Assembly: GCA_010093605.1 (NCBI GenBank)
Contig: MU004181.1
Span: forward strand, 1,798,001 to 1,862,000
Reading direction: 5' to 3'
DNA length: 64,000 nucleotides
DNA from: Lophium mytilinum
Taxonomy: Eukaryota
Positions 1 to 10,096 of the stretch are shown one piece after another; the first letter of the stretch is position 1; every line of letters begins with the position of its first letter. Below the pieces are notes generated by a model that saw only the letters and a list, made by a program, of their open reading frames with translations, searched no databases and was not told where the DNA came from. The translations under genes and the position numbers were made by a program.

Positions 1-2536
1 GGGCCTACATGTTACATTCAAATCACTCGAAAAAGTAGAAGAAGAGAATCCACTAATCGCGCCTCCTATATCAGTTTGTTCGGCACACACCAAGCATGCA
101 TTAGAGGCTCTACATCCCAACATTGCCGTCTTCCGCCACCCCGACCATCTACCTGACCGTCAGAATCTCACATCATCTTTCGTTTCATCCCTGCAAAGCA
201 TGAACTTCTCTACTGCATCACTATCGAAGCTGCCCGTGGATAGCTTGAAAGCGATATACGGCATGAATGACGATGCTGTTCTTTACTGGGCCCATCACGA
301 AAAGCTTTGCCTAGTCGATGGACAAATTGCCTTCATGGGCGGTCTAGATCTCTGCTATGGCCGATGGGATACCAATCAACATTCCATTGCCGATGCCCAC
401 CCAGGAAACCTTGACGATATTGTCTTCCCCGGACAAGACTACAACAATGCGAGAATAATGGACTTCCAGGATGTCTATCACTGGCAGAACAACAAATTGG
501 ATAGGACGACAAGCTCTCGAATGGGCTGGTCAGACGTCTCGCTCTCACTTAGCGGCCCAGTAGTTAGGGACTTGCAGACTCATTTCACTCAGCGGTGGAA
601 CTTCATCTACGATGAGAAGTACACAGTCCGAAAAGACGCCAGATATCATAAGTTTCCCGTCACCGGAGATCTCTCAACTGCTGGATATCCACCTTCGCAG
701 CCTTCGAGAGGCATCGATGACGACGAACGTGGACTAGAGTATGGGGAGGAAGGAGATCGCGGATTCTCTGGTGGTCGCGACGGCGCTGAGTCAGGCGGGT
801 TTCGACACAGGTTCCTCGACAAGGTTGGCGAAGGAATGCAACGACTTGATCAGCGATACGGCCAGCACGGCAGCTACCAAGACCAACAAAGCTATCAAGG
901 TGCTCAACAAGGTGGTGTTTCTTGTCAGCTCACCAGAAGCTGTGCTAAGTGGAGTCACGGCGTTGCTGTTGAAGTAAGTACTAAAGCTCATCCGTCACGA
1001 TACAGAACCGTGCTAACATCTACAGCACTCGATCGCCAACGCTTATATTGAGGTTATAAGAAACAGCCAGCACTTCGTTTACATCGAGAATCAGTTCTTC
1101 ATCACCGCCACTGTCGATAACCAGAAACCAATCAAGAACAAAATCGCCGCTGCTATTGTCGAGCGCATCGTTCGTGCAGCAAGAAACGGCGAGAATTACA
1201 AGATGATGGTCATGATACCGGCCATCCCAGCTTTCGCAGGCGATCTGAAGACAGATGAAGCACTGAGCACTCGCGCTATCATGGAGTTCCAGTACGATTC
1301 TATCAACCGGGGTGGACACAGCATCTACGAGAGCATTGCCCGCGAAGGTTTCAACCCCATGGACTACATTCGCTTTTACAATCTACGCAGCTATGACCGT
1401 ATCAACGCTAGCGGTGCCATGCGCGAAGCAGAGAAGCAGAGTGGAGTATCTTACGAGGAGGCCCGTAGTCAGCATGACGTCGCGGTTGGTGGTGTATATG
1501 ACGGTGGAAGTAATCCGGAATATCAAGCCTACCAACCCCCTGGATCCCAGCCCCCACCACCATTACCAGTCTACGAGATGGATGCTGGCTATGGCCAGCC
1601 CCCGGCACCAATTCCCACTGCTGCCTACCAGCAATACCAGCAACAAGGAGCCGCCAAGGTCGGTGGGCCCATGGGAAGTGGTCGCTGGGACTCTGTCAGC
1701 GAATGCTACATGCTCGGCGGCGAAGACATCAGGAACGTGCCTTGGGAAGGCGGCGGAGTGGACGAGATCGACGCTTTCGTCAGCGAAGAACTCTATATAC
1801 ACAGCAAAGTAAGCCTCCCCTCCTGATCTCCCAACCCCTCATCCCGCTAATATCTCCCAAGCTCCTCATCGCTGACGACCGCATCGTAATCTGCGGTTCC
1901 GCCAACCTAAACGACCGTTCTCAGCTCGGTGACCACGACTCCGAAATCGCCCTCATCATTGAAGACCCCGCGCCTCTCGACTCCTACATGGGCGGCCAGC
2001 CCTTCCGCGCCTCTAGATTCGCCTCGTCGCTCCGCCGCCAGCTCTTCCGCAAGCATCTCGGCCTCTTGAAACCCCAGGTCATCGACCAGCCCGACGCGAA
2101 TTTCGAGCCCATCGGCGTGCCGAACGCCTACGACTGGGGCTCGCCCGAAGACATCCAGGTCATCGACCCTATCTCGGAGGATTTCCAGGCAACTTGGAAC
2201 TACCGCGCGAAGACGAACACGGATGCGTTTGCGCGCCTGTTCCACCCGGTGCCGTTTGATGGAGTGAAGAACTGGAAGCAGTATGATGACTACTACGAGC
2301 GCTTTTTCGCACAGGACGCGAAGGAGAAGGAGAAGAAGAAGCCGTCGCTGTATAAGTGGGGGCATGTGGTTGCGGAGGAGTTTTCGCCTGGTGAGCAGGG
2401 GCTGCGGGAGGTGAAGGATGTGTTGAGTACGATTAAGGGAACGTTGGTGGAAATGCCCTTGTTGTTTTTAAAGGAAGAGGATATTGCGAAAGAGGGATTG
2501 GGGCTGAATGCTTTCACAGAGGAAGTGTACACTTGA
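1..2536 (+). CDS. Phospholipase D (two HKD motifs), 5' end outside window, multi-exon
   Basis: First motif HHEKLCLVD...GGLDLCYGRWD; YIENQFF; second motif YIHSK|LLIADD...GSANLNDRSQLGDHDSE. Introns: one ending at 74, 974-1025 and 1809-1861. Stop TGA 2534-2536. Confidence 0.93.
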
Positions 2537-2632
2537 TGCTTTGGCTGATGTTTTGAATATGGCTTTGGAAGTTCTGGGTTGTAAACAACAAATATCATGC
2601 GATTACCAGCGGCTCGAACGTGGCTTTTGTGT

Positions 2633-5494
2633 TCAACTACTGTAATACGGGCTCATCTCCAACAACACGAGAAGCCGATCGATCGTGTTCTCCTCACTCG
2701 TCCCTTTCCCTTTCCCGTACCCCCGTTTTCCGGCCAGTCCTCTGCACACACTGATGAAGACTCGGACTTTCCCCTTGAAGAGGGCGTACAGGTCCTCAGG
2801 ACTTGCTTCGCTCTTCTGCTGCTTCCCGTCCTTCGACGATGCAATAGATCTGTCATCAATCTGCAACTTTGAAAACGACAGGATCGCATCGAACGTATCT
2901 TCTAGCAGCGTCAAAACCTGTTTCTGCCTCCGCCTCAACAATAACGAGAACATGATCCGATCCAAACACTGGTCATGAGCCTTCTTCAGGCTCTCAAGGC
3001 CCTCCCTTACGAGAACGCCCATAATGCCCGCTTTGTCTTCTTTCGCCAACCGTGCTTCGACTGAATCAAGGAAGTCCTCAAATGCGGCCCAGTGATCGCT
3101 AATCCCTGTCTGGAAAATGTAAGAGCTCACCGCCGAAACAAAATGATGTGCCTCATGTCTGAATCGTCGAGATGCAGGAGTTGTGTACGTGCGTGGGAGA
3201 TGCGAGACCACGAACATCATGCGGGTAAGTCGAAGGAGGAACTTAAAGATGAGGTCGTATTTCTCCAGCGAAGCGGATGTGATGACGAGATGAAGAGGGG
3301 AGGGAGGAATGTATTGTAGGCGGAGAAAGTCGAGCGCGTAGAGGGATTGTGGGTCCATGATCTTTTCCATTTCGGATTCGGGAAGAGTTCGGATTGCGAA
3401 ATTGAGCTGTCCGGGAAGCTCTTCGCGGTCGTTCTTCAGCCGGTAGTCTGGCTTCGATTTGTGTTTGATAGAGGATAGGTAGAGATGGGAAGAGTGGAAG
3501 CTTTCACTTAATACACCCATCAAAGCGAGCCTTAGTTCTGAGCTTGCAGGTGGCCATGTTGTGCGGGAACCTAATTTGAGACCCATGTGAACGCCACTGC
3601 GAACGGTACCCTTCTGGCGTTCCGCTGCTTCTAATTCAGGGCTGAACAGAGCGGAGGAAAGACGGGACAAGAATACGCCGTCGCCCAGTAAATGATACTG
3701 TCGTTGAAGAGAGAAATGTAGGCGAAGTTGATGTGATCGGAAAAACAGTCGGAGAGTAGTAGCGTTGACCATACGCGCTTGGGCAGCTAAGATTGGAATG
3801 AAGGAGAGGTACGGGGTCAACGACAGCGGAGGTGCAAAGTCCGAATCATTCAGGCTTTCAATCCGAGATTTCGGTGATATCGCTTTCAATACTAGCTCCT
3901 GAAGTTCGTCTGATAATGTACTTAGATCCTGCGTAGGAACTGCGTCGAATGCCTGAGCAGACTCTACAAGGTAGTCTTCGAAATTTTGACTCGGTCCCTC
4001 ATCTGATGCTCGATGATCGCTGGTGTCAGCCTCTAGATGCGTTGCAAAGGCATCTGGAGCCCTTCTGAGTTCCTGAATAGCACTCATGACTTCCATCTCG
4101 TACACCTTGGCCTTCTCGGACACTAGCTCGAGATCTGCCCACGAAAACTTCCACTCCAGATTTGGAGCTTTAATGTTGAACTTTCCGGGTATAGTTAGTG
4201 GATGTTCCGGATGATGTGATTTCAAGAAACGAAGACTGTGCCCGGTCTCGAAAATTGCTCCTCCATCTTCATCCGTAATGAAATCGGGCATCATTTCAGA
4301 GTTGTAAACGAACTCGGGTACCTCAGAGTCTGCTGTACCGTCCGCAATTTCAACGAAGGTTTTTCTCTCTGCACTAAAGCTAGTGACAAGTTCTGCGTGA
4401 GTCCCTGTCCATTCCCCGACTAGTTCAAGAAATGGATGAGCCACAGTAGAGAGGATCCGGGCTGCAATATGACGGACCCCATCGTCTCCTTGATCTGAGG
4501 ACTGTATTCTATGGTACAACATCGACACCACCTCTTCATTCGTCTGAGCAGGTTTTATCGTATCTACCATGCTTTTGAGATGCATCAGTATTTCTTGTGG
4601 CTTTTCGAACACCTGCTGCAGCTGCAGCATAGATTCGATTTTATGTGATTGCTCCCCAAGATAGGTCTCGAACGTCGTAAGTATAGTCGAAACCGCATTC
4701 GCCAAAGCTACTCGTGCAGGAAGAGCATCACTGGACGTGTAGGTATGTTCCATGAAAGACCTTAGCTGTCGAAAAGTGGTACCGTTGGTCAAGAAGCGTC
4801 TTATAAAGTTTTGAGATGAAATGAGACTACAGCCGGGTATTCGACCATCTCCGAGAGCTTGAATACAGCGATTGGGGTCCTCTCCAAAGGTGAACAAGAC
4901 TGAAGACCGGCCGAGTCCTAGATTCACTAAAGATTTGAGAAGTACATTAGGTTTTACGACTCTTCCAGCACCTTTACGCCCTCCATCTTCCTGTGGCAGC
5001 TCCTGAAGCGCTGCATCGAACGCATCTGTGCTGGACTCGGAAATATAAGCCGAACGAGGCTCAGAGCGTTCAGGGTTCTCAAAGGATTCCCATGTATAGA
5101 AAGCAATATCCTTGTCCGCGGGTCCCAAATCGAATGCAATCTTCCATATATCCTCTTCCTCCTCTTGGAGCTCGGTATCAGGTTGGGTTGTAGACTCATC
5201 GGGTATACTGGGGTCTGGGAGGGGCCCAAACTGGAAGGTCTCTAAATCTGGAAGACGAAGAGCTTGATCGAGGGTCCCCTTGGGCGCATATGGGTTTTCT
5301 AGCTGCAAAGTCGGAACTGTTATGCGATTAGTTATTTCACGACGCGTGGTTGAAAAGGACGCGACAAACGCACTGTCCAATGCTATGGCCGAAAACAACG
5401 AGGACTCGTAGGTCGACTCCTTCTCGAAATACGCGGAGGGCCTCCAGAGGTTGACAGATGTGAAGACATCCTCCAGCTCGTGGTGGGCGTCCAT
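2633..5494 (-). CDS. GCP6: Gamma-tubulin complex component (Spc97/Spc98 family, GCP6-like)
   Basis: ~930-aa ORF with GCP-type C-terminal motifs (YHLLGDGVF, WPPASSELRLAL, LDFLRLQYIPPSPLHLVIT, KYDLIFKFLLRL). Probable start MDAHH at 5494 and probable 57-nt intron 5317-5373. The GCP6 subfamily assignment is inference. Confidence 0.8.
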   Translation of the reverse strand: MDAHHELEDVFTSVNLWRPSAYFEKESTYESSLFSAIALDSAFVASFSTTRREITNRITVPTLQLENPYAPKGTLDQALRLPDLETFQFGPLPDPSIPDESTTQPDTELQEEEEDIWKIAFDLGPADKDIAFYTWESFENPERSEPRSAYISESSTDAFDAALQELPQEDGGRKGAGRVVKPNVLLKSLVNLGLGRSSVLFTFGEDPNRCIQALGDGRIPGCSLISSQNFIRRFLTNGTTFRQLRSFMEHTYTSSDALPARVALANAVSTILTTFETYLGEQSHKIESMLQLQQVFEKPQEILMHLKSMVDTIKPAQTNEEVVSMLYHRIQSSDQGDDGVRHIAARILSTVAHPFLELVGEWTGTHAELVTSFSAERKTFVEIADGTADSEVPEFVYNSEMMPDFITDEDGGAIFETGHSLRFLKSHHPEHPLTIPGKFNIKAPNLEWKFSWADLELVSEKAKVYEMEVMSAIQELRRAPDAFATHLEADTSDHRASDEGPSQNFEDYLVESAQAFDAVPTQDLSTLSDELQELVLKAISPKSRIESLNDSDFAPPLSLTPYLSFIPILAAQARMVNATTLRLFFRSHQLRLHFSLQRQYHLLGDGVFLSRLSSALFSPELEAAERQKGTVRSGVHMGLKLGSRTTWPPASSELRLALMGVLSESFHSSHLYLSSIKHKSKPDYRLKNDREELPGQLNFAIRTLPESEMEKIMDPQSLYALDFLRLQYIPPSPLHLVITSASLEKYDLIFKFLLRLTRMMFVVSHLPRTYTTPASRRFRHEAHHFVSAVSSYIFQTGISDHWAAFEDFLDSVEARLAKEDKAGIMGVLVREGLESLKKAHDQCLDRIMFSLLLRRRQKQVLTLLEDTFDAILSFSKLQIDDRSIASSKDGKQQKSEASPEDLYALFKGKVRVFISVCRGLAGKRGYGKGKGTSEENTIDRLLVLLEMSPYYSS

Positions 5495-5691
5495 GGCATG
5501 TTGTGTGGTGTTGAGTTTGAAAGACGTCCCCTGTTCCCCACTTCCTCGACACCAGGAACGCGATGACATTTATGCACACTTATCTCAGCCCTACGCTCCA
5601 CCTCACTCCCGCATCCAACCACACCACCTCCACTGTTCACCAAGAATCCACGACTATACAATCGGTACTGCCTCTTCAGTCTCTATCCACA

Positions 5692-6643
5692 ATGCCTCCC
5701 CGAAAACGCGCCAAAGTCAGCGCCGCATCCACTCCCCTCGCCGAATCTCAACCCAAGACCCCCGTAGAGAGCGGACCAACGGCCGCATCGCAAGACCGCT
5801 CCCCCCAAAACGAGAACCTCCTAAACGACCCATGGACAGACGGGCAAGAAACCCAGCTGTTCAAGAGCATGATCAGATGGAAACCCACCGGTATGCCCAA
5901 CAATCCCCATCAATCCCAGCTCGCGGCCAAACCCGTATTCACCGTTGAACAAAACTGATATATGTTTGTTCGTTTGTATAGGGATACACAAACATTTCCG
6001 CATGCTCAGCATCCACAACTCCCTCTCCACCCACGGCTTCGCATCCCCCAACGCACCCCATACGCGCATCCCAGGCATCTGGACCAAGCTACACACGCTC
6101 TACGACCTCGCCGCCCTCGACGAGCGCGAGAACGCGCATACCTTCAACACATACCGAGACAGTCCTGATGGCGCTGAGGAACCGCTCCCGTTCTTTAAGC
6201 TTCCCGAGGATGAATTCGGGGAAGAGATGTGGGGTCGGAGGTTTGCGGGCCCCGACGACGAGGGCGCTGAGTCGCCCCCCGAATTTCTACCGATCGAGGA
6301 GGATAAGAAGCTGTACCGGCCCGGCATAGGGCTTCTGAGTGATTTACATGATTCCGTAAGGGATCGAGAGAAAGAGGAGAGTCACGCAAGCCCGTCGACG
6401 CGGCCGAGGGCGGGTACGAGAGGTGGGAGGGGCGCGGCGAAGGGCAGGGCGGCGAAGGTGGTGCAGGTGGCAAAGAGTACAAAGGCGCAGAGTGCGGTGT
6501 CGGAGAGTGCAGAGGATGAAGAGGAGGAAGAGGAGAGTAGTGAGGAGGCTAGCGAAGAGTCAGAGTCGGAGGAGGCGGCGCCAACGAAGGGGGCGAGGGG
6601 CGGACGGAGAGGAAGACCGAGTAGGAGGGGGAGGAAACGATGA
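5692..6643 (+). CDS. EAF7: NuA4 histone acetyltransferase subunit Eaf7 (CT20/MRGBP family)
   Basis: WTDGQETQLFKSMIRWKPTG|IHKHFRM...IWTKLHTLYDLAALDERE after removing intron 5891-5981 (GTATGC...TAG); acidic/basic disordered tail. Confidence 0.88.
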
Positions 6644-6914
6644 GGAAATATAGAGATCTCCCTGCTTGTTTTTGTGGGTGGTGTTTTTGCGAGTCCTATA
6701 TACCCATATGCTTTTCTTGGAGAGCAAGAGCTGCCTTCTTGGAATAGGGCCTGATTTCACAACACGTATGAAGCTCATGACTCAAAGATTCTTGGTTCAA
6801 GCAGTACATTAGCCTCATTTTCCATCATACTCAGAAAAATGCTGAATCACTTCTTAACAGCCGATTTCGAACTCCCGAGTTCCGTCTCCCACAAACTCAG
6901 TAACAACGCCATAG

Positions 6915-7526
6915 TCACTGTCCATCCTCATCGCAGTCAGAGTCCCTATCAATAAAGAATATACCACCCTCATGGCTCCATCCTTTCTCATCCTGAGATT
7001 GAGAGCCGGAACACCCAATCTGGGGGTTTGCTTCCTTCTCTTGTGTACTAGGCAGAGGTTTGGCGGTCAATTCTACATGTTGGAAGACCAGCGAAGGAAG
7101 GGACGGTGCGACAGCTCCACCACCCGCAGTCTTGAGTCCTGACGAGACTTTGCGTGGTCCAGCACCCTTCCCAGACAGCGCTGATGGGGCTTCGTCTTCT
7201 TCGGGCTTGTCGAGACGGCTAGAAGAGCACAAACTGTCAACGGCTTTAGAAAGTGTGACTCTTCCAGGATATCTGGACGCTCGTGCTTGGTTGCTGGGAT
7301 GGCTCGTAGGGAGACTCAAACGGGTTTTGAGCAATGGCGCGTGGAAGCGGTCCTTCAGAGTTCTGGCTGCGGTTTGTTCGTTGTTGACGGACTCTGTGTG
7401 GATCTCGGGTATTTTGCTCGAGGAGCCCGCAATGCTTAGGTTCTCTTTGTGGGCTGAGGAGGGGCCATGAGAGGTCAACTTCTGGGATGGCTGTCCGTCA
7501 GCTTTCGGGGATGCGTGTTGAGGCAT
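6915..7526 (-). CDS. Orphan disordered protein (~203 aa), member 1 of a three-gene tandem family
   Basis: ATG at 7526 (MPQHASPK) downstream of TATA-like and TGAGTCA elements; contains GSSSKIPEIHTE, shared with the two neighbours. Confidence 0.55.
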   Translation of the reverse strand: MPQHASPKADGQPSQKLTSHGPSSAHKENLSIAGSSSKIPEIHTESVNNEQTAARTLKDRFHAPLLKTRLSLPTSHPSNQARASRYPGRVTLSKAVDSLCSSSRLDKPEEDEAPSALSGKGAGPRKVSSGLKTAGGGAVAPSLPSLVFQHVELTAKPLPSTQEKEANPQIGCSGSQSQDEKGWSHEGGIFFIDRDSDCDEDGQ

Positions 7527-7671
7527 CTTGATGATTTGAGAGTGATAGAAACCACGAATGGTCTGATTCTGATTGGGAAATATGTGGAGAGCGTTGTTTG
7601 GAGAAGAAGAAGTGTTGGTCGGTATTTGCTTAGGGTTTGGTGAAGGGATGTATAAAGAGAGGGCAGGTCTT

Positions 7672-7703
7672 TGAATATATGATGGGAGGACGCAGTGACT
7701 CAA
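7672..7703 (-). promoter_or_regulatory. TGAGTCA (AP-1/Gcn4-CpcA consensus) + TCCC + TATA-like module
   Basis: Minus strand TTGAGTCActgcgtcctcccatCATATAT; heptamer at 7696-7702. Confidence 0.5.
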
Positions 7704-8167
7704 GGTTCAGAGTTTCCAACGTATGATCATCGAGCCTCTGACAAGAAATAGATTCAGAACGGAGAAAACAGAGTCACTACGATCGGTGGTTGAAAGATGA
7801 CTTTTTAGGGTTTGACGAGTGTCTTAGTCCACACCATTGCCGCGATACGTACTGTAAACTATACGAAGAGAGCCCCAAGTAGATGCTAGCTGAAAGCTTC
7901 AGTATCCACCTGACATCGTCGCCTTTACAAGAGACCGTATCTCATATACACTCCCACTCGCAAGTACTGTGAGAAGTTTATAAATTTGTATTATAATATA
8001 AACAAGATAAGAAAGCACATATTTCTACACCACCCCCATGAGCCGCAGTAACATATTTACGTAGCTCTTCCATATAGAGCTCAAGGTCACCGGATGAATC
8101 TGCCTATTTTCATTTCCATACAGGCCTACAACTCTCCCCCTCACGTCCTCCTTCACTTTAGGATTTT

Positions 8168-8757
8168 CTAAGGCCATCTTTCGTCTCCTTTGAAATCATC
8201 TCGGCGGCGCCAGATGTGCTCTCGCCTTTTTATCCACCTTGCCAATAGTCCTCGCCAATGGCTCTTGTCAACCATATAGAGTTCATAGCATTCGGACTTA
8301 AGGATTAGCGGCACTTCTAGACTCTCGTAGTCGCTGGTTGTGTTAGGGAGGAGTGCTGTAGGCGTGTCAGGCAGGTGTACCTAGGTATATATCCTTACCT
8401 TCCTCCAGACTTCTCACTCTCATTTACGTCTCTATTGAACTCAGCAAGTACATCGTCTACAAGTTGTCTTGTTCTGCGACATGTTGCTTCGGCGGCGTGG
8501 AAGTTGAAGTCCTTGACAGGTTCTTGATCGCCGTTCGGGTGTTGAAGGATGATCTCAGGTATCTTCATCGACGATGCCGAACCATTGGGGGCTGTTTGGT
8601 CTTTCGAGCGCATACTGAAAGATCCTGGGCGGCAGGAAGCACCTTCCCTGAGTTGAGGCGCCGAACAGACCTCGTGGTTTTCGAGCCGTCGAGGAGTAGC
8701 GCTTTGATCCATGTTGGGTTTTCGGTGGTAGATGAAGAGAGGGATGATATCGTCCAT
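8168..8757 (-). CDS. Orphan protein, member 2 of tandem family; two exons
   Basis: ORF contains GSASSMKIPEIILQ. Intron ~8335-8398 (GTAAGG...CTAAC...CAG) joins in frame to a second exon SDYESLEVPLILKSECYELY...ERWP*. Start at 8757 or 8712. Confidence 0.55.
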
Positions 8758-8847
8758 ATAGGTACTAGGAAGAATGGCTTCAGTGGTAATAAAGACGAGT
8801 ATTGAGTCTGCTTGGGGTTTGTTGAAGGCTGTAGAAGCAGTGCAAGG

Positions 8848-8883
8848 TATTTATGCTAAAATGGGAAGCCCGAAGTGACTCAA
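8848..8883 (-). promoter_or_regulatory. TGAGTCA + TTCCC + CATAAATA module
   Basis: Minus strand TTGAGTCActtcgggcttcccattttagCATAAATA; heptamer at 8876-8882. Confidence 0.5.
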
Positions 8884-9293
8884 GCAATTGCGAGTCTTGA
8901 AGAAGTGGTCATTGACATGAACACTGCGGGAGTCTTCGAAGAAAGGTAGAGTCAACATGATCAAAAGGGAGTAATCTAAATAGAAAATGGTTTGATTACA
9001 TGAAAGTAGGAGAACGCGTGTCACGCACTTTCAAAAGGTGCCCCAAATTGCTGCCCGCCAAACAATACAATTTCCACGTGACAGCCGCGCTTCACAAGCA
9101 GTCTAATTGCTCACAAAATCCCATATACAAATCGACAGAAACAAACAACACATGAAACACATTCTGTCAAAACAAGAAAGCATTCTCCCTAAAGTGATCT
9201 TGAGACCCACCGCGCTGACCCCATCCCCAGCTCTTCCATGTCAGACTCCTAAGCAATATCCTTTCCGCTCAGAACTTTCTCTTAAACGTCGTC

Positions 9294-9563
9294 TCACATG
9301 TCAGGCCTCTGTTTCTCTGCATCTCGATCCACGACGGCTTCAGACTCGCAAGTGCTGTCGTCTTTCTGCTTCTTCAAGAAGCCCGAGTTCTCGAGTGACT
9401 GTGCTTTGCTAACTGCGAGTGCCATGATGGAAGCGGCCTTGAACCTTGAGATTCCGGCTTTTTTGATCGAGGAGTTGTTTGAGGGCACATTTTCGCTAGC
9501 GTTTCCCTCGTCATCCACGTGCGAGATACGAATCTCGGAGGTGCTGCTTGACGAGCCCGACAT
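9294..9563 (-). CDS. Orphan small protein, member 3 of tandem family
   Basis: First ATG at 9563 gives MSGSSSSTSEIRISHVDDE; same promoter module upstream. The 3' end may be spliced further (GTGAGA near 9299). Confidence 0.45.
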   Translation of the reverse strand: MSGSSSSTSEIRISHVDDEGNASENVPSNNSSIKKAGISRFKAASIMALAVSKAQSLENSGFLKKQKDDSTCESEAVVDRDAEKQRPDM

Positions 9564-9845
9564 GTTGATCTTCGACTGACTGGCGAAAGATTCTGAGCGG
9601 TGGTAAGGTTGTTCGTCAGGTCGATGTTCTTCAGACACGTCGTGGTCTTTTGGGGCGTCGAGACCTGTTGCTTCGTTCTTTGTTGGCTTTGTGGAGAGAG
9701 ATAAAGATGATGAATAATATGGTTGGTATGGGTATGTGAAGGGTTGATCGTAGTTTGCTGAGGTGTGAAATCGTGTTTGCTTTGAGATTTGCTTTAGGAG
9801 TTGCTTTGAGGTTTGTTGTAGATGTACAGGTGTGGAATGAACGTT

Positions 9846-9880
9846 CTTTATACTTTGGTAGGGAAAACTAAATGACTCAA
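9846..9880 (-). promoter_or_regulatory. TGAGTCA + TTCCC + TATAAAG module
   Basis: Minus strand TTGAGTCAtttagttttccctaccaaagTATAAAG; heptamer at 9873-9879. Confidence 0.5.
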
Positions 9881-10096
9881 AGAAGTTGGGAATTATGCGC
9901 GTGCGGTCGTGAAACTTAAGGGCTCGAAACGACTCCGCAAGAACCGAGTCAAAACGAGGATATAAGATGAGGAGTCAAAACGGAGAGCCAAAACGAAAGG
10001 TCAGGTCACCGTAAAGGACGATTCAAAAGGTTAGCCTTTTGGGTTCTAGGGAGCTTTAATAGCTAGTACGATCGTCGACATAACCCCACCGAAGCA

